Assembly (NCBI GenBank): GCA_963662715.1
Contig: OY759724.1
Span: forward strand, 1,530,001 to 1,562,000
Length of the DNA: 32,000 nt
Source: Candidatus Omnitrophota bacterium
Lineage (GTDB): Bacteria > Omnitrophota > Gorgyraeia > Zapsychrales > JANLHA01
Direction of reading: 5' to 3'
Every line of letters begins with the position of its first letter. Within the stretch, counting starts at the first letter, position 1. Shown piece by piece: positions 17,034 to 24,709 of this stretch. Below the pieces are notes generated by a model that worked only from the letters and a program-made list of their open reading frames with translations, searched no databases and was not told where the DNA came from. Both the position numbers and the translations under genes were made by a program.

Positions 17034-18335
17034 TTATGCCGAGAGCAGGGTGTCCAAAGGGCTCTGCGCGCAAGAATCCAGCCCTTTGATGACATGGGTA
17101 TATATCATCGTCGTCTCAACGTGCTTGTGCCCCAGCAGTTCCTGTACTTCCCGGATATTCACTCCGTTCAACAGCAGATGCGTGGCGAAACTGTGCCGCA
17201 GCGTGTGCAGGGAAACATGTTTAACAATCCCCGCCTTTTTTACCGCCGCTCTCATGCCCTTCTGCAGAGGCCGCATGCTCATGTGAAACCTCCGTATTTT
17301 GCCTGTCGTTGATTCAACCGATAATTTGGACGAGGGGAACACGTACTGCCAGGCCCAGTCCTTGCCTGCCTTGGGGTATTTACGGCTTAAAGCATAGGGT
17401 AGAGACACTTCCCCATAGCCGTTTTTCATATCCTGTTCATGCAGGCGTTTGACCTTTTCAAGCTGTTGTTGCAGCGGGACTTTTAACTGCTGCGGAAAAA
17501 GAGTGGAACGGTCTTTGTCTCCTTTGCTTGACCGGACGAAAATAAGGTTGCCTTCAAAATCAAGGTCCTTGACTCTTAACTTTACAAGTTCGGAAACCCT
17601 TAACCCTGATCCGTAGAGCAGCTGATGGACCATCAGGTTCTTTCCGCTTGAGTGCTGAAAGAGGGCGCGCACCTCCTCAACAGAAAGCACGACCGGAAGT
17701 TTCGGGCCCCGTTTGGCCCTTACCGTGCCCTGCAGGTTTTCCAGATCGCGGTGTAAAATGTCGCGGAATAAAAATAGTAATGAATTGAACGCCTGATTCT
17801 GTGTCGAGGCGGATACCCGGCGCCTTAACGCCAAATAGGTGAGGAAATCCTGGACATCTGTTGCGCTCCATTTATCTATCTCTTTTCCCATGGGATCGAT
17901 TTCCATGAGGTATTGCTGGAATTTATATATCCAGTGGGTGTAGGTTTTTTCCGTGCTCACGGAGTAATGCTTGATACGGATAACCTGGCGGACTTTCTGA
18001 ATGAGTTCTTCAAAGGTTTTGCATGAGGACGCAGGGAGGATGATCCACGGCGGGGATTCCTGGGCCGGTCTTTGTTTAAGGTATTTGTAGAAATAGAGTT
18101 TGACGGCTGAATAAGCCTGCCGGACCTGCCATTCTTCCCTTGTTCCGGAGTCTCTTAAGAAATCCATGAACTGGTGAATGCGGATATCCAGTTCGATCTG
18201 CTGTTCAGCGCTTTTGTTGGCGAATTTGAGAAACTGGGCGGCCCAGGAAGCATAGAACGGGATGCATTTCTCCTCGGTCAGCTTGCGGGAAGATAAGTAT
18301 TTCTGGAATTCAGGAAGTACGAGTGTTGTTTTCAT
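17034..18335 (-). CDS. intI: integron integrase (tyrosine recombinase, IntI type) with extra N-terminal domain
   Basis: Colinear with IntI1 from LIQKVRQVIRIKHYSVSTEKTYTHWIYKF to the C-terminus. IntI-specific insert ALSRKYPKAGKDWAWQYVFPSSKLSVESTTGKIRRFHM. Catalytic HTLRHSFATHLL...LLGHKHVETTMIYTHV. Divergent from a downstream attC array. Confidence 0.85.
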   Translation of the reverse strand: MKTTLVLPEFQKYLSSRKLTEEKCIPFYASWAAQFLKFANKSAEQQIELDIRIHQFMDFLRDSGTREEWQVRQAYSAVKLYFYKYLKQRPAQESPPWIILPASSCKTFEELIQKVRQVIRIKHYSVSTEKTYTHWIYKFQQYLMEIDPMGKEIDKWSATDVQDFLTYLALRRRVSASTQNQAFNSLLFLFRDILHRDLENLQGTVRAKRGPKLPVVLSVEEVRALFQHSSGKNLMVHQLLYGSGLRVSELVKLRVKDLDFEGNLIFVRSSKGDKDRSTLFPQQLKVPLQQQLEKVKRLHEQDMKNGYGEVSLPYALSRKYPKAGKDWAWQYVFPSSKLSVESTTGKIRRFHMSMRPLQKGMRAAVKKAGIVKHVSLHTLRHSFATHLLLNGVNIREVQELLGHKHVETTMIYTHVIKGLDSCAQSPLDTLLSA

Positions 18336-18355
18336 GTTTATTATGACTGTCCCGG

Positions 18356-18489
18356 GTTAGAGAGAAGGACTCGTGGTATTATCTTTGCCCCCCCATAAGG
18401 CAAAATTTTCAACCTGACAGGGGAGACTGGTTTTAGGGGACAAGGTAATCATTTATTCTTTTTTAGTTATTCTTGGCCCTGTTAGAGAG
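18356..18489 (+). other. candidate attI region (two GTTAGAGAG direct repeats)
   Basis: GTTAGAGAGAAGGAC at 18356 and GTTAGAGAGTAAGGGC at 18481, just upstream of the intI start codon. GTTRRR-type cores are what IntI recognises in attI. The exact crossover point is not determinable here. Confidence 0.3.
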
Positions 18490-18568
18490 TAAGGGCAAAT
18501 TATAGTATCATTTTTTTATTTTGTGGGGATTAGTAACGGGAAAGAAGGGGGCGTTGAAATATTTTATA

Positions 18569-18627
18569 TATTATACGACGTACCTATATAACGAATATTA
18601 TAAAGCAAACGCGACTTTTTTCAAGAG
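18569..18627 (+). repeat. copy A of a ~60-bp imperfect direct repeat in the AT-rich intI-proximal region
   Basis: ATATTATACGACGTACCTATATAACGAATATTATAAAGCAAACGCGACTTT aligns with copy B. A second shared block, ATTATTGGGCAT, lies about 140 bp downstream. Confidence 0.5.
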
Positions 18628-18812
18628 TAAATAATATGGGGCGCCCATTTTTTAAGAAAAGTAAGTGATTTTAACCTTAGGAGTTGTGTCCAATTAATTC
18701 ATTTATAGATTATTGGGCATACCTCAATAAAGAATTCAAACGACTTTAAGAATAATTATTAATTATTCATGAAAAATGTCAAGAAATGTCAGTTTTTGGC
18801 CCAGTCCGGCCA

Positions 18813-18841
18813 TTGACAAAGAGGAGGATAAGGGCTAATAA
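18813..18841 (+). promoter_or_regulatory. possible plus-strand promoter facing the cassettes
   Basis: TTGACA (18813-18818), 17 nt, TAATAA (18836-18841). In AT-rich DNA this could be a chance match. Confidence 0.25.
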
Positions 18842-18895
18842 TAGAAAATATTTGGCTCTTAAGCCGGCTGAAAAGGCTTTTTATACAAAATTTAA

Positions 18896-18956
18896 TGTTA
18901 TACGACGTCCCAATTAACAGTATAAATAAGGGCAAATGCGACTTTGTTCCAGTGGA
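18896..18956 (+). repeat. copy B of the ~60-bp imperfect direct repeat
   Basis: ATGTTATACGACGTCCCAATTAACAGTATAAATAAGGGCAAATGCGACTTT. Followed about 160 bp later by ATTGTTGGGCAT and the RBS of ORF 19090. Confidence 0.5.
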
Positions 18957-19089
18957 AGTGGCACGAAAACAAGCATTTTTCAAATAAAATAAGGTATAAT
19001 AAAAAAAACACACTATAGGGAAGGGAACGAAATCCCCGCCCTTAGTCACGACGTAGAATAATTGTTGGGCATCGATAGAAAGGAGATAA

Positions 19090-19420
19090 ATGATGATAAA
19101 GCCGGGCATTGAATTCATTGCTCCTTTCAGAATATACCTTCCAGAAGAATTCTATGAGATAGCATTGGAAGGCAAAATGCATCTCGTCAAACCCGTAGCG
19201 TTGCCTCCTGTAAAAATAGATGAAGGAACACAAGTACACGGGAAGAATATTGAAATATCCCACGATATCTTTGGTTATGCAGGAAGAACGAAATTTTCAG
19301 TAATTATAGATGAAGATGTCGATATTAAATCAGGAAGTTGGAAACAGGATTTTTGTGATAATGAATCCTCATTTATAGATGCAGCAATTTTCGCTGTAAA
19401 TAGAATGCTCGATGTGTATA
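19090..19420 (+). pseudogene. hypothetical protein gene interrupted by the IS3-family insertion
   Basis: AAGGAG RBS. The ORF runs into the IS left inverted repeat at 19421, so the last 14 residues of track ORF 19090..19464 are IS-encoded. A short 3' remnant follows the IS, ending by about 20693 in any frame. Confidence 0.5.
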
Positions 19421-19485
19421 TGACCCACCCCCCAAAAGTTGAGCCACTTTTTGTGATAGAATAATGATAACAGAAAGGGGCAAAA

Positions 19486-19761
19486 ATGGGTAAAAGATTC
19501 AAATCAGAAGAAATAATTACGAAATTACGAGAAGTTGAAATACACCTTGGTAAAGGGCTGGACACCGGAGATGCCTGCCGACAAGCGGGCATATCGGAAC
19601 AGACCTATTACCGTTGGCGCAAGGCATACGGCGGGATGAAAATAGATCAAGCCAAGAAGTATAAAGAGCTAGAACGGGAGAATACCCGATTAAAGAAACT
19701 GGTGGCTGACTTATCATTAGATAACGCTATTTTGAAGGAAGTCAATGAGGGAAACTTCTAA
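19486..19761 (+). CDS. IS3-family transposase OrfA (HTH)
   Basis: [18 protein letters not shown]...[18 protein letters not shown]...[21 protein letters not shown] is the classic IS3 OrfA HTH plus leucine zipper. Confidence 0.85.
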   Translation: MGKRFKSEEIITKLREVEIHLGKGLDTGDACRQAGISEQTYYRWRKAYGGMKIDQAKKYKELERENTRLKKLVADLSLDNAILKEVNEGNF

Positions 19762-19787
19762 GCCCGGCCAAGAAACGCCGGGCGATT

Positions 19788-20639
19788 ATGTGGGCGAAGG
19801 AGAAATTCCCCAAAGTATCAGAAAGGCGGTTGTGTAAAATTCTTAGCCAAGCAAGATCAACACAGCAATATAGATGTTCAGGCCGATATGATGAAGGAGC
19901 ATTAGTTGAGGCTATGATCAATATGGTCAAGCAATATGGACGGTATGGATACCGAAAAGTTGCTGAATTGTTACGCGAATCGGGCTGGATGCCATTAAAT
20001 GATAAACGAGTCGAACGTTTATGGAGACGGGAAGGTCTTAAAGTTCCGATGAAACAACCTAAACGAAGGAGGTTATGGCTGAATGACGGTTCCTGCATCC
20101 GATTACGGCCAGAACATCACAACCACGTCTGGAGTTATGATTTTGTTCATGACCGGACATCAAATGGCCGACCAATAAAGATGTTAACGATCATTGATGA
20201 GTATAGCCGGGAATGCCTGGCCATAGAAGTTGGGCGCAAACTCAATTCCAGGAATGTGATTGATGTTTTATCTCGATTGTTTATTGAAAAAGGAGTGCCG
20301 TTATATATTCGTTCGGATAATGGGCCGGAATTTATCGCTGAACGCGTCCGTTGGTGGTTGAGAAGGATCGGAGTGGAAACGTTGTATATTGAACCGGGAA
20401 GCCCTTGGGAAAATGGATATATTGAATCCTTTAACGGGCGACTACGGGATGAGTTGTTAAATCTGGAAATTTTTGATACATTGTATGAAGCTCAGGTGTT
20501 GGTGGAACGCTGGCGGTGGGAATATAATACGATCCGTCCGCATGGATCATTGGGTTATAAGCCTCCGGCACCGGAAGCTATTCAACCAAGATGGCTTCAG
20601 CCATCTCCGTTAAACTCTCACAACTTTTGGCACAACTAA
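19788..20639 (+). CDS. IS3-family transposase OrfB (DDE/rve domain), made as an OrfAB fusion by -1 frameshift
   Basis: rve-type core ([48 protein letters not shown]). The OrfB frame is open from 19749. Slippery heptamer G_GGA_AAC at 19749-19755 lies in the orfA/orfB overlap. Confidence 0.85.
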   Translation: MWAKEKFPKVSERRLCKILSQARSTQQYRCSGRYDEGALVEAMINMVKQYGRYGYRKVAELLRESGWMPLNDKRVERLWRREGLKVPMKQPKRRRLWLNDGSCIRLRPEHHNHVWSYDFVHDRTSNGRPIKMLTIIDEYSRECLAIEVGRKLNSRNVIDVLSRLFIEKGVPLYIRSDNGPEFIAERVRWWLRRIGVETLYIEPGSPWENGYIESFNGRLRDELLNLEIFDTLYEAQVLVERWRWEYNTIRPHGSLGYKPPAPEAIQPRWLQPSPLNSHNFWHN

Positions 20640-20750
20640 TGGGGGCAGGTCAAGAACATATTATGGATGACAGTTAATGATAATTTTATATAATTACCCC
20701 CCGACCGCAAGGTACCGGGCTAAATTTAAAAACAATAAGAAGGAGTATAT

Positions 20751-21167
20751 ATGAAGTTAATTAAAATCCTGTGCTTTCTTTGTATCCTTGGTATTTTAGG
20801 CGGGACAGGCTGTGCTGCTAGAAATGCTAAAACGTATCTTTTTGGCGCTCAAAAAAGCTCTCCGATATCGTCATTGGCTATTGTTGATATACAATTATTG
20901 TACACAGGCGCGTATATCCGCTCAACGGAGAACGAACTCATCACACCGTTCACGACAGCCTCACAGATTTATCTCCCACCTGGCTCATATATTGTGAAGA
21001 CGAACTGGCTCGGGGTTGATCGTAAAAAAGAATATGACAATTTAACAGTTATGGGACCGGCCTATCATGAACTTCCCATAACAGTACAAGCTGGCAAAAA
21101 GTATATTCTTAAGCGTGTCGGACGTAATTTAGAGGAAGAAATAACGATTCAAGAAACTGCACAATAA
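20751..21167 (+). CDS. hypothetical secreted protein / possible lipoprotein
   Basis: GGAG RBS. Signal peptide MKLIKILCFLCILGILGGTGC with Cys after the hydrophobic core. No recognisable domain. Confidence 0.6.
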   Translation: MKLIKILCFLCILGILGGTGCAARNAKTYLFGAQKSSPISSLAIVDIQLLYTGAYIRSTENELITPFTTASQIYLPPGSYIVKTNWLGVDRKKEYDNLTVMGPAYHELPITVQAGKKYILKRVGRNLEEEITIQETAQ

Positions 21168-21192
21168 AATTGCTGCGCGCCAGGAGGAAAAA

Positions 21193-21342
21193 ATGGGCCA
21201 CACAAAACAAGGGAATTCTGCAGATGATTTAATCCCAGTTAATGTGTCATCTGAACGGGAATATGCAGATATGCTATGTAGTAGATTAAAATTTTTAGAT
21301 ACTAAATTTTTAAAATATTATGCGAATGATTTAAAGGCATAA
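21193..21342 (+). CDS. small hypothetical protein (49 aa)
   Basis: Strong RBS caggagg 6 nt upstream of the ATG. Below the ORF-track size cut-off. No recognisable motif. Confidence 0.3.
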   Translation: MGHTKQGNSADDLIPVNVSSEREYADMLCSRLKFLDTKFLKYYANDLKA

Positions 21343-21404
21343 ATAAATGAGGTTCATCTATGGAGTAGTCCAAGAAAAAGGAAAAAACGTCACAGGAGAA
21401 GGCA

Positions 21405-21563
21405 ATGAAAAAACAAGGCAAACCGTTCAAGCATAGAATCAAAGGCAGTTATAAGTGCGCTCATTGCGGAGCTGAAATTGATTGGAATGAGCCGCATTTG
21501 GTCTGCAAGAAATGTGATTACTGGATATGTTATATGAACTGTAAACCATGTCCCCCAAAATAA
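21405..21563 (+). CDS. small zinc-ribbon protein (52 aa)
   Basis: MKKQGKPFKHRIKGSYKCAHCGAEIDWNEPHLVCKKCDYWICYMNCKPCPPK has two CxxC pairs. GGAGAAGG RBS. Confidence 0.4.
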   Translation: MKKQGKPFKHRIKGSYKCAHCGAEIDWNEPHLVCKKCDYWICYMNCKPCPPK

Positions 21564-21583
21564 TATCTTAGGATAGAAAAATT

Positions 21584-21641
21584 ACATAACTGCCAACAAG
21601 CGCATTCACGCTGAGCGCCGCCCGCTGATTTCGCGACGCAG
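21584..21641 (+). repeat. degenerate attC-like site
   Basis: ACATAAC inverse core, then a GC-rich imperfect palindrome (gcgcattcacgctgagcgccgcccgc). The position homologous to GCGTTAnnC reads GCGACGCAG, with no GTT. Confidence 0.3.
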
Positions 21642-21653
21642 GAAAGAATCATT

Positions 21654-22151
21654 ATGAATAATAAGACAAAACAAAATGAGGAGCTTTTGCTAAAGAAAGC
21701 ATTCAGGTTTTTGAACAAACAGCAATTTGTGAACCTGGGATCTTCTTCATTATCTGCAAAACCTCATACATCACCTAAATCCATTGTTTTATTAAAGGAT
21801 AAATATATTTACCTTGCTGACGATCTCCTGGAAAAGACGTATAAGAATATTAAGGAGAATCCTTTCGTGTCACTCTCTTCTTTTGATATTCAATCCATGA
21901 AAGGTTTTCGATTATATGGAAAAGCAGTTATTGTCAAAAACGGTAGAGAGTATGAACATCTTATAAAGAAAGAAGAAAAAAGACAGGTAATGATGGCCAC
22001 AGAAAGAGTGGTTGAGAAAGTTCAAGGTAAATCCAATGTTAAAAGCCTAACAATGACATTTCTTAAACCAGTATTATTTTATAAATTTTCACCTAAATCT
22101 GTTGAATTTATTGACAGGACCAAAAAACAAATTAAAAAAGAAGAGACTTGA
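21654..22151 (+). CDS. pyridoxamine 5'-phosphate oxidase-like (FMN-binding split-barrel) family protein, tentative
   Basis: Pattern LLKDKYIYLADDLLEKTYKNIKENPFVSLSSFD...KGFRLYGKAVIV resembles PNPOx-like split-barrel proteins. Single gene between attC-like sites. Confidence 0.5.
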   Translation: MNNKTKQNEELLLKKAFRFLNKQQFVNLGSSSLSAKPHTSPKSIVLLKDKYIYLADDLLEKTYKNIKENPFVSLSSFDIQSMKGFRLYGKAVIVKNGREYEHLIKKEEKRQVMMATERVVEKVQGKSNVKSLTMTFLKPVLFYKFSPKSVEFIDRTKKQIKKEET

Positions 22152-22162
22152 AATTAATTAGC

Positions 22163-22241
22163 CTATAACAAATCACTTCAGCGGTCCATGCTTCGGCAGC
22201 TGCGCCGCCAACGCAAAGCCTTTGAGTTCCTTGCGTTGTGT
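22163..22241 (+). repeat. attC recombination site
   Basis: CTATAAC (R'') ... cttcagcggtccatgcttcggcagctgcgccgcc ... gagttccttgc GTTGTGT (R'). Confidence 0.7.
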
Positions 22242-22254
22242 GCGAGCAATAAAC

Positions 22255-22737
22255 ATGAAAGATCCGATGATGACTACGACTATCAGACAAATTTCGGAAA
22301 AAGAAATCCCGGTGAGTATATTGCTACAAGCCGACCCATCAGAAAAATGTGTCGATAAATATCTTCCAAACTCTAAATGCTTTGGTGCATTTGTTGAAAA
22401 TGTTTTGGTCGGTGTATGTGTAACAAATTTAAATGAAACAGGTGTCTGGGAAATATTCAATATCGTGGTGATTCCAGAAAAGCAGAAACAAGGTATTGGA
22501 ACAAAACTACTGAAATTTGTTATCAGACATTTTGAAAATATTGGTGAAAAGAATCTTGAATTAGGTACCGGCACATTTGGTTATCAATTGTTGTTTTATC
22601 AACGATTGGGATTCAGAGTTGAAGGTGTTTGGAAAAACTTTTTTGTCGATAACTATTCTGATTCCATTTATGAACAAGGCGTACAGCTCCAAGATATGCT
22701 TAGATTAAGCCTAAAATTGAATCAGACATGCACATAA
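22255..22737 (+). CDS. GNAT-family N-acetyltransferase
   Basis: Acetyl-CoA motif VVIPEKQKQGIGTKLLKFV and FYQRLGFR. Start moved to ATG 22255 because the track start 22222 lies inside the attC. Confidence 0.8.
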   Translation: MKDPMMTTTIRQISEKEIPVSILLQADPSEKCVDKYLPNSKCFGAFVENVLVGVCVTNLNETGVWEIFNIVVIPEKQKQGIGTKLLKFVIRHFENIGEKNLELGTGTFGYQLLFYQRLGFRVEGVWKNFFVDNYSDSIYEQGVQLQDMLRLSLKLNQTCT

Positions 22738-22806
22738 CAACTGCTTCAGCGGGACACCAACCCACGCATCCGCGCGGTCAGGCGCCCGTTAAGTAGAGCG
22801 TTATGC
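22732..22806 (+). repeat. attC recombination site
   Basis: ACATAAC overlaps the TAA stop of the GNAT gene ... cttcagcgggacacc ... gcGTTATGC. Confidence 0.7.
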
Positions 22807-22885
22807 AAAAGTGTAAATATGAAATATGAAGATACGCCTATCCATTCTGTCTGGATTTGAGTCATGTTAATCTGGAGGACAAATA

Positions 22886-23587
22886 ATGCCGAGAAACGTA
22901 ACGAAAACCTACAGCCAAGAGGTGTCTGTAGGCCGGACCTGCTCAGAATGCGCACATAATTGGGTGTATTCAGAAACTCTGAAAGTGAGCGAAACAAAGG
23001 CAGGGGATTTTTGGGAACCCTCATTTGACGAGGAAGGGATGAAAGAAAAACTCAATAAAAGTATAGAGGCTTTTAAAAAGAATTGTTCGTCCCGCTGTTA
23101 TTGCCCTAAATGCAAGGCTCTCGCCGTGCAGACTATGAACAAATATCTGCCCAGCGGGTTTCTTGCCGCTTTCAAACAGGGCTATGTCCTTTCGAAAAAA
23201 GAAACCAAAAATGTGTTTATCTGGGGCACTATCATAATATTGGCTATTGTTTTAGCGTTTGCTTCAGGCCTGGATTTAAGCGGTGTCATTGATTCTTTGG
23301 ATATTGACGGCGATTCTTTTCCTGCGGTTGTAGGTATTATTATAGCCACTCTGGTTTTTGGGCTATTTATTATTTGGATTTTGGTGGTTTATGTTCAAAA
23401 CACCATTGATTTTTTCAAATTGAACTCGGTCAGAGAGTCCGATTTGGAAATTTTTGATGAAAAAGAAGCAAAACAATTTTTCCGGGATTGCCGTTGCGAG
23501 CCCTTTGATCTTGGTGCTGTCGGGACAATGATCCCCGGATATCTTGATAAGCATAAAATGAAACACGCCGGAGCGGAGGCGTCTTAA
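22886..23587 (+). CDS. hypothetical membrane protein with split zinc-ribbon N-terminal domain
   Basis: CSEC ... CPKC pairs in the first ~90 aa. Two long hydrophobic helices (IWGTIIILAIVLAFASGL, VVGIIIATLVFGLFIIWILVVYV). First gene of a two-gene cassette. Confidence 0.55.
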   Translation: MPRNVTKTYSQEVSVGRTCSECAHNWVYSETLKVSETKAGDFWEPSFDEEGMKEKLNKSIEAFKKNCSSRCYCPKCKALAVQTMNKYLPSGFLAAFKQGYVLSKKETKNVFIWGTIIILAIVLAFASGLDLSGVIDSLDIDGDSFPAVVGIIIATLVFGLFIIWILVVYVQNTIDFFKLNSVRESDLEIFDEKEAKQFFRDCRCEPFDLGAVGTMIPGYLDKHKMKHAGAEAS

Positions 23588-23590
23588 ATT

Positions 23591-23971
23591 ATGTTTTATG
23601 TTGATTTTAACAAGGCAGAGAAATTGTTGAAAATAAAGTTAACACATATTTTCGATGAGAAGGACGCTGAGCAATGGCTGGCACAGATCAAAGTTTGTTT
23701 AAAGAATGTGCAGCCAGGTTTTAAAATCCTTACTGATTTAACAAGCGTGGAAAGGGTGGATGCGGCAACAATTCAATATATCGAACAAGCTATGGATTTT
23801 TGCAATCAAAAAGGGGTATCTAAAATTGTAAGAATAATTCCAGACTCTGCCAAAGATGTCGGATTTAATATAATGTCTATTTTTCATTACGATAATAATA
23901 TAGATATAATTACTGTTTCCAACATGGATGAGGCTATAAATAGATTATTTTTTAAACACAAATCATTTTAA
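23591..23971 (+). CDS. SpoIIAA/STAS-like fold protein (tentative)
   Basis: 126 aa. The pattern FKILTDLTSVERVDAATIQYIEQAMDFCNQKGVSKIVRII resembles STAS/SpoIIAA-like modules. Starts 3 nt after the upstream stop. Confidence 0.45.
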   Translation: MFYVDFNKAEKLLKIKLTHIFDEKDAEQWLAQIKVCLKNVQPGFKILTDLTSVERVDAATIQYIEQAMDFCNQKGVSKIVRIIPDSAKDVGFNIMSIFHYDNNIDIITVSNMDEAINRLFFKHKSF

Positions 23972-23995
23972 GCTTTGTCGATAGCATCAGGAAAC

Positions 23996-24076
23996 ATTTA
24001 ACAAGCCACTTCGTCGTCCCCGCCTTGCCGCGGCGGGGACAGCTTTGCGGCCCCCGCCGCGTTCGTTGCGTTATGT
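23996..24076 (+). repeat. attC recombination site
   Basis: ATTTAAC ... tcgtcgtccccgccttgccgcggcggggac ... gttcgttgcGTTATGT. Confidence 0.75.
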
Positions 24077-24089
24077 TAAGGATAAATAA

Positions 24090-24527
24090 ATGAGATTATG
24101 GTCCCTTCATCCCAGATACTTAGATCAGAAAGGATTGGTTGCTCTTTGGCGGGAAGGCTTATTGGCACAAAAAGTTCTTATGGGAGAAACAAAGGGCTAT
24201 AAAAACCATCCTCAATTACTGAGGTTTAAAAACACAATAAATCCTGTGGGAGCTATTGCTTCATATTTAGACGCAATATATAAGGAATCTTTGGATAGAG
24301 ATTTCAATTTTAATGAGGAGAAGATACATAAAAAAAGAACAAAGAAGAAAATTGGCGTAACAAAGGGGCAGCTGGAATATGAGCTGGAACATTTGAAAAG
24401 AAAATTAAAAAATCGGGACAAGAAAAAATACCATGAAATTATGAGGGTGAAAAAGCCTGAAGCTAATGCAGTGTTCCGGGTGTCTGCGGGTGATGTGGAA
24501 GAATGGGAAAGAAGAAATAAAACATAA
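24090..24527 (+). CDS. pyrimidine-dimer DNA glycosylase (T4 endonuclease V-like) family protein
   Basis: The N-terminus MRLWSLHPRYLDQKGLVALWREGLLAQKVLMGETKGYKNHPQLLRF matches my recollection of the conserved start of this family. Confidence 0.7.
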   Translation: MRLWSLHPRYLDQKGLVALWREGLLAQKVLMGETKGYKNHPQLLRFKNTINPVGAIASYLDAIYKESLDRDFNFNEEKIHKKRTKKKIGVTKGQLEYELEHLKRKLKNRDKKKYHEIMRVKKPEANAVFRVSAGDVEEWERRNKT

Positions 24528-24608
24528 CAGGTCATTCCGTCGTCCCCGCCTTGCCGCGATGCGGCTGCGTCAGGCCCCGCAGCCCCGCTTGAGTTCCTTG
24601 CGTTAGAC
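24522..24608 (+). repeat. attC recombination site
   Basis: ACATAAC overlaps the TAA stop ... ccgtcgtccccgccttgccgcgatgcggctgcg/cgcagccccgc palindrome ... gagttccttgcGTTAGAC. Confidence 0.75.
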
Positions 24609-24709
24609 AAAAAAATATAAAGAGGAGTTTTCAACGCGGCATTAAGGATGATTTCGAAACGTTAGGGGGCGGGTCCTGGGGCGCCCGCCGTTTTTAAGCC
24701 TGAAGGCCT

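Larger units (their letters stand above)
19421..20652 (+). mobile_element. IS3-family insertion sequence (~1.23 kb)
   Basis: Terminal inverted repeats TGACCCACCCCCCAAAAGTTGAGCCAC (19421-) and reverse complement of the right end TGACCTGCCCCCATTAGTTGTGCCA (-20652). orfA plus orfB in the -1 frame. TG...CA ends. Confidence 0.85.

Noticed and set aside
18336-18450. LexA box (CTGT-N8-ACAG) upstream of intI, as in many SOS-regulated integrases
   Set aside because: Only the half-site CTGTCCCGGGTTAGAG is present and the second half does not match. No LexA-type palindrome was found.
18789-19263. Minus-strand ORFs 18789..19118 and 19042..19263 in the AT-rich region
   Set aside because: They have a low-complexity, Phe/Ile/Tyr-rich composition typical of AT-rich non-coding DNA. 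They overlap the RBS and start of plus-strand ORF 19090 and have no RBS of their own.
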